A stretch of DNA of 64,000 nt from Candidatus Ozemobacteraceae bacterium (GTDB lineage Bacteria > Muiribacteriota > Ozemobacteria > Ozemobacterales > Ozemobacteraceae), in the NCBI GenBank assembly GCA_965140445.1, contig OZ223236.1, forward strand, positions 4,352,001-4,416,000, in the 5' to 3' direction. The position numbers and the translations under genes were made by a program. Below the pieces are notes generated by a model that searched no databases, was not told where the DNA came from, and worked only from the letters and a program-made list of their open reading frames with translations. Positions 18,901 through 27,811 of the stretch are shown piece after piece. Each line of letters opens with the position of its first letter. Positions within the stretch are counted from its first letter, which is position 1.

Positions 18901-21126
18901 AATGAAGAGCGCTTGAGTTTCCATGCTGATAACTCACCACTGGGTGTTATTGAATGGAACAAAGATTTTGTAATAACCCGCTGGTCAGGTGAATCCGAGA
19001 AGATATTCGGTTGGAGCGCATCGGAAGCCATCAAAAAGCCAATAGCAGATCTCAATTTATTTTTTGAACAAGGCATTTCAATACTAAAAGAAGCTATGAA
19101 AGAACTTGCCTCCGGCGATTCCAAATTTGTTATCAGCAACAACCGCAACTCTACCAAAGATGGGCAAACAATTTATTGCGAATGGTATATTTCAATTCTT
19201 TCCGATAATCAAGGGAACACGCTTTCGGTTATGTCGCAGATTCTTAATATCACAGAAAAAAAACATGCTGAAGAAAAGGTAAAATCAATAGCCAAATTCC
19301 CATCTGAAAATCCAGCACCAGTAATTAGGATTTCCAAAAACGGAAATCTAAAATACATCAACGAATCTGGCATAAATCTTTTCCCAGACTGGAATATACC
19401 CATTGGAAAACCTGCACCTCCTGTGTTACAAAAAATTGTTCTTAAGGCCTTAGAAACAGAAAAAGCCCAAGTAATTGAGCTATGCTCAAATAATCGGCAA
19501 TTTTCTTTTTCAGTAAGCCCAATTGTTTCTGGTGACTATGCAAACCTCTACGGCACCGACATTACCAAACGAAAGAAAACGGAAAACTCATTGCGAGAAA
19601 CAAAAGAGCGCTTTCGACGACTGGTTGAAAATGCCCCCGATATCGTTTACACATTTTCCAATAAAAGAGGATTAATTTACGCTTCACCCCGGGTTGAAGA
19701 AATGATTGGTTATACCCCAGAGTATTTGTATGAGCATCCATTTTTGTGGAATGAATCAATTCACCAAGATGATTTACCAAAGATTCAAGAAGTAATGGAT
19801 AATTTGGACAAAGAAAAGGCCTTCAACCTTGAGTATAGGTTTAAAAATTCAAAAGGAAACTGGATTTGGTTTAGAAATCGAGCCATCAAATCCGAGATTG
19901 ATAATGGAGAATTTCTAATAGAGGGCCTGGCTAATGATATAACCGAATACAAAAAAGCTCAGGAAGACAAAATAGTATTTGAAAAAATGTTGCAACAGGC
20001 CCAGAGACTGGAAAGTCTTGGAGTTCTAGCCGGTGGAATTGCGCATGACTTTAACAATCTTTTAACAATAGTTCAATGCAATTGCTCATTGTTAGAGTTG
20101 CAACCTGAAAATACAGCAGAAATTCGCAAAAATATTGAAAAAGCAGTGAGGCGTGGGGCAGAACTCTGTGCACAAATGCTCGCATATGCAGGAAAAAGCC
20201 CGATCATGAAAGCCATGGTCGATGTAAAATTCCTGGTAAGAGATATTCTTTTCATCCTCAAAGCCACGATTAGTCAAAATGTTGTCTTCAATTTTGAATG
20301 CATCACGGACATCCCTCTTATCGAATCAGACGCCAGCCAGATAAAACAGATTCTGATGAATCTAATAATAAATGCAGCTGAGGCAATAGGAGAAAAAAAG
20401 GGCACTGTAAACATCATTCTCTCAACTGCTACTATAGATGAAAATATACCTGAAATTGACTACTTTGGCGCGCCTATCATCCCTGGCTCTTACATCTGCC
20501 TTGAAGTAAAAGACGATGGTTGCGGAATGGATGATGATACAGCCAAAAGAATTTTTGAGCCGTTCTTCAGCACCAAATTTACTGGGCGAGGGCTGGGATT
20601 GTCCGCTATCATGGGCATAATTGCATCTCAGAAAGGTGGGTTACAGATTTCAAGTCAGCCAATGATTGGCACCACCTTTAGAGTATTTTTACCCGCCTCG
20701 GTCTCTGAAAATGAAAAGATCCAGTCTGAAAGGAAGCAAATGCCAACTAACTGGAAAAAAGACAGTGTTATATTGCTGGTTGAAGACGAAACCGCTCTAA
20801 TAGATCTTGCAGCCAGCCTTTGCAAGGCGTTGGGCTTTTCAACTCTTAAAGCTTCAAATGGTGTAGAAGCTATTAACATTTACAAGGAAAGAAAAGCAGA
20901 AATCTCTCTTGTAATTCTTGATATCGGAATGCCATTAATGGATGGCTATGAACTGTTTCAAGAACTCAAAAAATTAAATTCTGAAATACCCATTATTGTT
21001 TCCAGTGGATTCTCTAATACTGAAATCGTTGCAAAACTGAATCCAAATGAAGTTGCGGGATTCATCGAAAAACCATTTAACTTTTTGAAGTTTGAAACTG
21101 TCATAAAAAATGCTCTGAAAGAATAA
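15907..21126 (+). CDS. CheB-CheR-coiled coil-PAS-histidine kinase-receiver fusion
   Basis: GASAGG/QHL/SGTGSDG (CheB); GVTNFFRD and GCSTGEE (CheR); EELQSTNEEL heptads; several PAS domains; AHDFNN H-box; GRGLGL; LDIGMP receiver. Start uncertain (15889 TTG or 15907 ATG). Confidence 0.9.
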   Translation: MRKKQSCKKNTSKIQNTNPTDSKKLESNLPTMPIVGIGASAGGLDAFERFFTHISPETGMAFVIVQHLEPTHKSILTDLLKKYTKMPVVQVKDGITIEPNTVYVIPPNRDMTLQSNHLCLMEPAKPRGLRLPIDSFFRSLAVNQRELGICIVLSGTGSDGTLGLKAIKEEGGLTIVQLPSSALYDGMPISAINTGLVDVILPPEKIAEQLVDYVKRSFGGESKPPQELIFDVSSHLQKIFVLLREHTGHDFSGYKENTISRRIERRITVNQLGSINDYLDFLRNNPLEIQTLFRELLIGVTNFFRDPEAFEQLEKKAIAPLVSRPGGINQPIRIWIPGCSTGEEAYSIAMLFLEQKEKTGKEVGIQIYATDIDTLAIEKAREGRYPDSIAADVSPERLQKFFIAEPEGNNYRIRNEIREMVVFAVQSVVKDPPFSKLDLICCRNLMIYIGAEVQQKILAMFHYALNPDGYLFLGNSESLGAAHAFFRTIDTKWKVFQRIETLTNSKTFLEFPSNLLKRRVPASKLIPTNKQMSMKEMTESLLLAEHTPICAVINEKGEVLYVHGRTGKFFEQTTGELSTNILQMARDGLKIPLATAIRKVNLEKTSYQSDELSVNADGNTIRTSLAVDPILKPESMHGLMLVTFKELPKLSSDNGVTEKMDMESMNAQRVLELEDELKSTREYLQSTIEELETTNEELKSAIEELQSSNEELQSTNEELVTSKEELQSVNEELMSVNVELQRNVADLTIANNDIKNLLDNVQTGVIFLDMNLRIRRFTPSAEEVVDLIQADIGRPLAQFSHKLQHGSLIKDSREVLDTLTPKETEAQSHAGNWYLIRIMPYYTVDDQVDGVVLAFTDITQIKNTEMKLLQTNEMLTFSQQKAGAGLWSWDIKSNELTWTNELFHLFGLNKNEVDASFETWRKITHPDDYQNAETNIENSLSNRKPLYNEYRIITPSGETRWIGSWGDAIYDEHKQASRMAGLCIDITSRKQAEENLRQNEERLSFHADNSPLGVIEWNKDFVITRWSGESEKIFGWSASEAIKKPIADLNLFFEQGISILKEAMKELASGDSKFVISNNRNSTKDGQTIYCEWYISILSDNQGNTLSVMSQILNITEKKHAEEKVKSIAKFPSENPAPVIRISKNGNLKYINESGINLFPDWNIPIGKPAPPVLQKIVLKALETEKAQVIELCSNNRQFSFSVSPIVSGDYANLYGTDITKRKKTENSLRETKERFRRLVENAPDIVYTFSNKRGLIYASPRVEEMIGYTPEYLYEHPFLWNESIHQDDLPKIQEVMDNLDKEKAFNLEYRFKNSKGNWIWFRNRAIKSEIDNGEFLIEGLANDITEYKKAQEDKIVFEKMLQQAQRLESLGVLAGGIAHDFNNLLTIVQCNCSLLELQPENTAEIRKNIEKAVRRGAELCAQMLAYAGKSPIMKAMVDVKFLVRDILFILKATISQNVVFNFECITDIPLIESDASQIKQILMNLIINAAEAIGEKKGTVNIILSTATIDENIPEIDYFGAPIIPGSYICLEVKDDGCGMDDDTAKRIFEPFFSTKFTGRGLGLSAIMGIIASQKGGLQISSQPMIGTTFRVFLPASVSENEKIQSERKQMPTNWKKDSVILLVEDETALIDLAASLCKALGFSTLKASNGVEAINIYKERKAEISLVILDIGMPLMDGYELFQELKKLNSEIPIIVSSGFSNTEIVAKLNPNEVAGFIEKPFNFLKFETVIKNALKE

Positions 21127-21607
21127 ACGATCAACTTTCCAATGATTTATTATGCTATTACTTTAATCCTGTGAGCCTCTCAGAGCTAAAAACAGAGTTC
21201 TTATTCACGCTCATCAGCTTATCTTGTTTTCAAAGCACTTTCATGGCAAATAAAATTAACATTTAATACAAATCAGTTGCTGCAATTTCTTCGACAATCA
21301 TTTTTTGCAGGAGTTTATTCTTATGGCTTTCAAAATTTAGCTCAGGCTTTAAATTTGAATGCTTAACCCTCCAAGAATGAAAATCTTAAAAAAGCAGAGC
21401 AAATCTTCTCTGTAAACTGATTATTGATCAAGATCATTGCAAATAAGACAGAAATAAGTAAATATAAAAGAAAGACTAAAATAGAGTTATTCTTGAGCTG
21501 GGAAAATTGGATCTTTAGCCTTAAAACATGCCTTTTCATGATTCCAAAAACTGGTTTGCCATTTTTTTGTTAATAAAAAAATCAAGTAATCGTAGGAGGT
21601 AAACAAG

Positions 21608-23266
21608 TTGATAAAACTTACTTCGCTTCCGCAATATAAAAAAAATGCTCTGCGAGCAAAAGAAATCGTTAGCGTCCTGGTAAAATACGGTCTGGCTAAC
21701 TGGGTTCATCAAAATGATCCTGAGTTTGTTCAAGAGCTATTTATTAGCGACGATGGTGAAAAACTTTCAGGTTTGCCCCAGGAAATTTGTATTCGAAAAG
21801 CTTTAACCGAACTCGGGGCCACTTTTATAAAACTAGGCCAGATGCTTAGCACCCGCCCGGACCTGGTTGGTCCAGAGTTAGCAAAAGAGCTTGCAGAGCT
21901 TCAGTCTGAAGCCACACCAGATAAACCTGAAGTTGTTCGCCGAACAATTGAAGAAGAGTTTGAAACGAAGCTGGATCAGCTATTTCTTGAATTTGACGAT
22001 TTACCACTCGGTTCTGCATCTATTGGACAAGTACATAAAGCAACCCTGCATAATGGACAAGTTGTTATTGTTAAAGTTCAACATGAGGGCATTGAAGAGC
22101 TGGTAGAAACTGATTTTGACATAATGTTCGGAATTGTAGATTTAGCACTTAAATATGAACCAGAACTAAAAGTGTTTCAGCCAAAAGCTATTATCTCTGA
22201 ATTTAAGCAGGTGTTGCTAAAAGAATTGGATTTTCACCGGGAGCGACGAAACCTCGAAAAATTTGCCAGAAACTTTGCTGAAGAACCATCGGTCCATTTT
22301 CCCAAAACCTATGAAAAATTTTCTTCTAAAAGAGTTCTAACCATGGAGATGCTCAAAGGATTCAGCATATCCAACACAGATAGAATAACAGCAGAGGGCT
22401 ATGATCGAAAAGAAATCGCGCTTAGAGGAGCAAAAATCTCATTGGAGATGATTTTCAGAGACGGTTTCTACCATTCAGATCCCCACCCTGGAAACATCTG
22501 GATTCTTGAAGATGGGGGCCTGGGAATTCTAGATGCCGGCATGGTTGGAAGAGTAGACACTTACCTGAAAGAAGACCTTGAAATCATTTTACTGGCAGCA
22601 GTAAGTGGCGATGCAGAGAGGGTTTCAGAACATATTTATCGTATCAGTTCTATACCGGTTGGGACTGATAGAAGGCGATTGAACGCAGAAATTTCTGACT
22701 TTCTGGCCGATGTAATTGATATACCTATTAAAGAAATCAAAGTTGCAAACACGCTAAATGGACTGTTTTCAATTATAAGAAATTTCAATATTATTTTGCC
22801 ATCTAAGCTTTCGCTGTTGATAAGGGCACTCATTATTCTTGAGAGCACTTCCAGAAATCTTGACAGAAATTTTAGTCTGGGACAACTGATAAAGCCATTT
22901 TTGACCAAAGCTACTCTTAATCAATATAGCCCTGAAAAATTTCTTGATAGCCTCAAACGAAGCTATCGCGATTGGCACCGCCTACTTGGCTTATTGCCCA
23001 ATAATCTTAGCGAAATACTGCTTTTAATCAGGGACGGAAAGTTTGATGTACACCTTGAACACCGAAATCTCGGCAAGATCGTGCATCGCCTTATTTATGG
23101 GATACTAATTGCGTCATTGTTTCTTGGCTCCTGCATGGTGATAAGTCAGCAAATTCCGCCGGCCTATCATGGAATTTCGATCATTGGAGCTTCAGGCTGC
23201 ATCTGGGCTTTATTTCTTGGTTTTTGGCTTCATTCAGATATAAAAAAATCTGAAACAAAGAAATAG
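21608..23266 (+). CDS. AarF/ABC1/UbiB family kinase
   Basis: FIKLGQMLSTRPD, SASIGQVH, VKVQ and HSDPHPGN motifs; AGGAGG RBS before TTG. Confidence 0.92.
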   Translation: MIKLTSLPQYKKNALRAKEIVSVLVKYGLANWVHQNDPEFVQELFISDDGEKLSGLPQEICIRKALTELGATFIKLGQMLSTRPDLVGPELAKELAELQSEATPDKPEVVRRTIEEEFETKLDQLFLEFDDLPLGSASIGQVHKATLHNGQVVIVKVQHEGIEELVETDFDIMFGIVDLALKYEPELKVFQPKAIISEFKQVLLKELDFHRERRNLEKFARNFAEEPSVHFPKTYEKFSSKRVLTMEMLKGFSISNTDRITAEGYDRKEIALRGAKISLEMIFRDGFYHSDPHPGNIWILEDGGLGILDAGMVGRVDTYLKEDLEIILLAAVSGDAERVSEHIYRISSIPVGTDRRRLNAEISDFLADVIDIPIKEIKVANTLNGLFSIIRNFNIILPSKLSLLIRALIILESTSRNLDRNFSLGQLIKPFLTKATLNQYSPEKFLDSLKRSYRDWHRLLGLLPNNLSEILLLIRDGKFDVHLEHRNLGKIVHRLIYGILIASLFLGSCMVISQQIPPAYHGISIIGASGCIWALFLGFWLHSDIKKSETKK

Positions 23267-23385
23267 CCTTCGAGCAGCTATATATAAGCATTTTGCATTT
23301 ATTTTTTTCCGGTTAATGATTATTGCAATCCCGATACCGCAACGATTTAAGTTAAGAACTTAATATCAAAATTGAAGTTTTCTAC

Positions 23386-23414
23386 TTGACTTTGTATACC
23401 GACAAGTATACGAT
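23386..23414 (+). promoter_or_regulatory. Sigma70 promoter of tetR overlapped by a putative operator
   Basis: TTGACT-N17-TACGAT; TATACCGACAAGTATA at 23395-23410. Confidence 0.75.
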
Positions 23415-23420
23415 CGATTT

Positions 23421-23987
23421 ATGAGCAACAAGGAAGAAATACTAAAAAGCGCACTTTCATTATTTTCTGCCCGCGGTTATGATGCGGTCGGGATAAAAGA
23501 AATAGTCGACCGCTCCGGAATTACCAAGCCAACGTTATATCACTACTTTGGCAGTAAATCCGGTTTACTGGCGGCTATCATGGATGAAAACTTCCGCAAA
23601 TTATTTCTCAAGCTCGGACCTGCAGCAGTATATGGAGGTGATCTGCCTTTAACCCTATCAGAGATTATCCGCACATACTTTGATTTCGCCCGAAAAAACC
23701 AGGAATTCTACCGCATGCATCTGGCCTTGTGGTTCTCTCCACCAGACAGCGATGGCTTTCTCGCCGTAAGAGAATGGTGCGAAAAACAACATCAGCTGAT
23801 TGAGATGGTTTTCATGCTTGCCGCAAACGATCATGGGAACATGAAAAACCGTCACCGGGCCTATGCAGCAAGCTTTCTTGGAATAATAAACACATACATT
23901 GGGTTGGCATCCAACGGATATGCCAAACTTGACGAAGAAACAATTCACTCAGTAAACCAACAATTTAGCTACGGAATTTATTCTTGA
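23421..23987 (+). CDS. TetR/AcrR family regulator
   Basis: LFSARGYDAVGIKEIVDRSGITKPTLYHYFGSK HTH. Confidence 0.95.
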   Translation: MSNKEEILKSALSLFSARGYDAVGIKEIVDRSGITKPTLYHYFGSKSGLLAAIMDENFRKLFLKLGPAAVYGGDLPLTLSEIIRTYFDFARKNQEFYRMHLALWFSPPDSDGFLAVREWCEKQHQLIEMVFMLAANDHGNMKNRHRAYAASFLGIINTYIGLASNGYAKLDEETIHSVNQQFSYGIYS

Positions 23988-24141
23988 TCATTGCGATACG
24001 CGACTTTGGAGCCTTTTCTTAATTAACAGAAACTTTTTGATAGAGGCCTGAATTAACTTAACGTCAAGCTAACTTAGCAATGCTTTATGCAAGCCTGGTT
24101 GGCAATAGACGCCCTGTTTTTTTTTGGCCATTTTCTCACTC

Positions 24142-24157
24142 TATACCGATCGGTATA
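24142..24157. promoter_or_regulatory. Palindromic putative TetR operator
   Basis: Perfect palindrome TATACCGATCGGTATA just upstream of the AAGGAG RBS. Confidence 0.75.
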
Positions 24158-24171
24158 TAAAAGGAGTTTTT

Positions 24172-25527
24172 ATGAAACATTGGTCTAATGAAGCATTTTT
24201 TTATCACATTTACCCTCTTGGAGCCTTTGGCGCACCAAGAAACAACGATTTTTGTTCCGAGCCTGTTTGCCGCCTTAGTGCAATACATGGCACATTTGAT
24301 CATCTGACTCATCTTGGAGTTAATGCCATATATATGGGACCTTTATTTGAATCCGGGACACACGGATATGATACCGCCTGCTTCTATACAGTCGATCGGC
24401 GCTTAGGCACAAACGCAGATCTTTCCAACCTAGTTAAAGAATTGCACCAACGTGGGATCAGAATTATTTTAGATGGCGTTTTTAACCATGTGGGAAGGAA
24501 TTTTCCTGCCTTTAAACATGTTTGTGAGCATGGCCATTCTTCACCATATGTTGACTGGTTTGACGGGATAAATTTCAATAATACCAGCCCATACGGAGAT
24601 CATTTTTCCTATAACGGCTGGAATGGACATTTTGACCTGGTTAAACTAAACCTATCCAACGAAAAACTTCTTGAACACATTTTTTCAGCAATAGAAATGT
24701 GGATTAATGAATTCGACATTGATGGATTGCGACTTGATGTAGCAGACTGTCTTCCACAACATTTCATGCGAAGGCTTTCATCTTTCTGCAAGTCCAGAAA
24801 ATCAGATTTCTGGTTAATGGGGGAAGTTGTCCATGGTGATTATCGGAACTGGGCTGGTCCAGGTGTTCTTGATTCGGTTACGAACTATGAGAGCTACAAA
24901 GGACTTTATTCAAGTCATGTGGATAAAAACTATTTTGAAATTGCGTATGCACTTAATCGGCAGTTCGGAAAAGATGGAATCTACAAGGACATTACAATAT
25001 ATAACTTTGTAGATAACCACGACGTTTCGAGAATCAGAGATAACCTATCTTTGCCAGCTCATCTGTTTCCGCTGCATTGCCTTCTTTTCACAATGCCGGG
25101 GGTTCCTTCAATTTACTATGGAAGTGAATGGGGTATTCATGGAAAAAAAGCTCCAGATGGCGATTGGCATCTCAGGCCTGCCCTGGACATGGAAAATTTT
25201 TCACAGGATAGACTTGGGCAAGACCTTACCAGAGCAATAGCAAATTTTTCTTCTATTCGACACACCTCAACAGCTCTTAAGACAGGATCTTATCAGGAAT
25301 TACTGGTAGAACACGAACAGCTGGCATTTTTACGTGAATCTTCAGATGAAAATATAATAGTTGTTATTAACGCGGCAAACAAAAATGTTCCAGTAAGAAT
25401 CCAGTCGCCATTTCTAAAAAACGGGCGCTATGAAGACCTATTAAACAAGCACAGCATTGATATTCACCAGCAAACACTTGATTGTAATGTTCCTTCGTGC
25501 TGGGCCAGGATTCTACGTTTATCATAG
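24172..25527 (+). CDS. GH13 alpha-amylase/cyclomaltodextrinase-like glycoside hydrolase
   Basis: HGYDT, DGVFNH, DGLRLDVA, GEV and FVDNHD motifs; start placed at the ATG after AAGGAG. Confidence 0.92.
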   Translation: MKHWSNEAFFYHIYPLGAFGAPRNNDFCSEPVCRLSAIHGTFDHLTHLGVNAIYMGPLFESGTHGYDTACFYTVDRRLGTNADLSNLVKELHQRGIRIILDGVFNHVGRNFPAFKHVCEHGHSSPYVDWFDGINFNNTSPYGDHFSYNGWNGHFDLVKLNLSNEKLLEHIFSAIEMWINEFDIDGLRLDVADCLPQHFMRRLSSFCKSRKSDFWLMGEVVHGDYRNWAGPGVLDSVTNYESYKGLYSSHVDKNYFEIAYALNRQFGKDGIYKDITIYNFVDNHDVSRIRDNLSLPAHLFPLHCLLFTMPGVPSIYYGSEWGIHGKKAPDGDWHLRPALDMENFSQDRLGQDLTRAIANFSSIRHTSTALKTGSYQELLVEHEQLAFLRESSDENIIVVINAANKNVPVRIQSPFLKNGRYEDLLNKHSIDIHQQTLDCNVPSCWARILRLS

Positions 25528-25572
25528 TGGATTTCAGCATTTCAAGTCGCCTGAAAGATTTTATAGCCAAAG

Positions 25573-25605
25573 AAAAAGCGGGCCGAAAAAACTTCGGCCC
25601 GCTTT
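25573..25605. terminator. Terminator between convergent genes
   Basis: AAAGCGGGCCGAA...TTCGGCCCGCTTT. Confidence 0.85.
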
Positions 25606-25632
25606 CAATTTAAACAGTTATCTGGTCAGGAA

Positions 25633-27369
25633 TTATACCAATCCAGCTTCTTTCAACTCGTCGCGTAGAACTCCATATTCAACTTTTGAGCGATGACGTA
25701 AATCCATAGGAATATCAGGATGGAAAATAACTTGATCCACAGGAATACCATTCTTATCCATTACTCGTCTGATTTCAGCTTCTCTTTCTGCGCAAAGCTT
25801 CTCATCTTTGATTTCAGCGGTTTCCTTTGGCGCAATTACACAGACGGTCTTCTCGCCAAGTGTTTCGTGAGGCACACCCAAATAGGCAGCCAATCTGGTG
25901 TAAGGTTGGCGCTTAAGCACAACTTCTGCCTGAACAGGGAAAAGATATTCTCCATCACGTTCAATAACGTTGTGAATACGACCAACAATCCAGACATAGC
26001 CCTTTTCATCAAGGCGTGCAAGATCACCTGTTCTATGCCAGACGATGTCATTATGATCACGAATTTTTGATTTTTTGAAAGCTTCAGGATTGTTGTAATA
26101 AACGCGGCAAACATGTTCACCTGCGACTAATAGCTCACCTACATTCCCCTGTGGAACTTCCAGTTCAGCCCACTGCGCATCAGAATCAATTTCAACAGGA
26201 CCACGAACGATTTTGATAAACTTGAACTTCAGACCATCGGCGAAATGTCCAACATTAACACCTGCATCAACAAGCTCTGGATCATCTTCTGTGACGCTGC
26301 GTTGAGCAAGCATTTCCTTGCCAGTTATATGAGTCATTGGCTCGGCTTCAGTGGAACCGTACATTACAACCAACTCTGCATTGGGAGCGATTTTTTTAAA
26401 TTCTTCAACAACGTCTCTGGATACAGCAGCGCCACCAGCAGCAACACGGCGTAATTCCGGAAGGGTTTCACCTTTTTCCAGACAATACTTATTCAACCCA
26501 TTTAGAAGCGATGGATTCAAAGTTAGAGTGGTAATTTTTTCACCCTTAATTTGAGTGTATAGGACATAAGGGTCATTATCAGCTGGTTCTGCAACATTAA
26601 TAGCAGGAAGAATAGTTGGCAAACCTGCTGCAAGGTTATTCAGTGAGAAAATAGGAAAAACTGGCAAGTCCATATCATCTTTTTCATAAGGAAGACAAGC
26701 GTCAATGGCATAATGCTGGGCAGCCAGGAATCTATGTGAGCGGTCAGCGCCTTTTGGGGTTCCCGACGAACCGGTTGTAAAGGTTATAAGAGCTGTGTGC
26801 TCTTGTTCAACCGGGACTGGTTCGGCAACTTCTGGAGTTTCGAGAAGATCTTCAAAGCGAGCAGTCCATTTTTTAGTGCATGGTCCCATGTTTATTTTTA
26901 CAGGAATTGCTTCCAGAGCTGGCTGACCTTCTCCCATAGCAAACCCACGTTCACCAGACAACCATACTTTTGGCTTACATAAATCTGCCACATAACCAAG
27001 CTGATCAGCACGGGCAAAAGAATCCAGAAAAATACATTTTGCTCCCAACATCTGGAAAGCAAACATTCCAGTGTAAAGCCATGGGATCATGGGAACATAA
27101 ACCAGCGCACAATCACCCTTTTCTATGCCAAGTTTCTGGTAACCGGCCGCAACATGAACGACCATATCGTAAATATCTTTATAAGTGAATGGGTCGTGCT
27201 TTAAGGTTCTTGCAAAAGGATTATAATTGAACCATAACTTATTTTTAGTGTTCACCCATTTCATACAAAGTCTGTCTGGATGTTTATCAACGTGATCCTG
27301 TAAAAAAGAAAAACAGTTGTTTCGTAAACTTTCGTTACCGATGTCATAGCCAATTTTTGGAAGCGCCAT
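25633..27369 (-). CDS. AMP-binding enzyme, OleC-like
   Basis: FTTGSSGTPKG, YGSTEAEP, WHRTGD and DLRHRSKV motifs; start at MALPK after an AAGGAG RBS. Confidence 0.8.
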   Translation of the reverse strand: MALPKIGYDIGNESLRNNCFSFLQDHVDKHPDRLCMKWVNTKNKLWFNYNPFARTLKHDPFTYKDIYDMVVHVAAGYQKLGIEKGDCALVYVPMIPWLYTGMFAFQMLGAKCIFLDSFARADQLGYVADLCKPKVWLSGERGFAMGEGQPALEAIPVKINMGPCTKKWTARFEDLLETPEVAEPVPVEQEHTALITFTTGSSGTPKGADRSHRFLAAQHYAIDACLPYEKDDMDLPVFPIFSLNNLAAGLPTILPAINVAEPADNDPYVLYTQIKGEKITTLTLNPSLLNGLNKYCLEKGETLPELRRVAAGGAAVSRDVVEEFKKIAPNAELVVMYGSTEAEPMTHITGKEMLAQRSVTEDDPELVDAGVNVGHFADGLKFKFIKIVRGPVEIDSDAQWAELEVPQGNVGELLVAGEHVCRVYYNNPEAFKKSKIRDHNDIVWHRTGDLARLDEKGYVWIVGRIHNVIERDGEYLFPVQAEVVLKRQPYTRLAAYLGVPHETLGEKTVCVIAPKETAEIKDEKLCAEREAEIRRVMDKNGIPVDQVIFHPDIPMDLRHRSKVEYGVLRDELKEAGLV

Positions 27370-27811
27370 TTTCGACTCCTTGCCGGTCGATGAAATCCGA
27401 TCACCCGACCGAGTTCTATGTTGTGGTTCTAAAACAGGATATTCCCCCATCATTGATCCACACGCCAGCGTTAGGTTCGAGCCATGATTAATTATCAATA
27501 TTCACTTACGAACCAGCGCGGATTGAAATTTATTTATAAAGCCAAGAGTACCATCCTTCTTATTTATGCGCAAGACGAGGCTTGAGCAATTTTCATGTCG
27601 AATTTCGCTAAATCATTTAGAATTATACTCATTTCAGACTATTTTGCGGACTATCTTTGTAACTAAATTTCCGCTTTAGCTTAAAAAAATCTGATAATAA
27701 AGCCAGCAGAACACCCAAACCAACAAACGAATACCCCACCCCTAAGATACATATTCAAATTGTAATCTCCGATAAATCCTTACTTTAAATCTGCATTACA
27801 AAATACATTTG

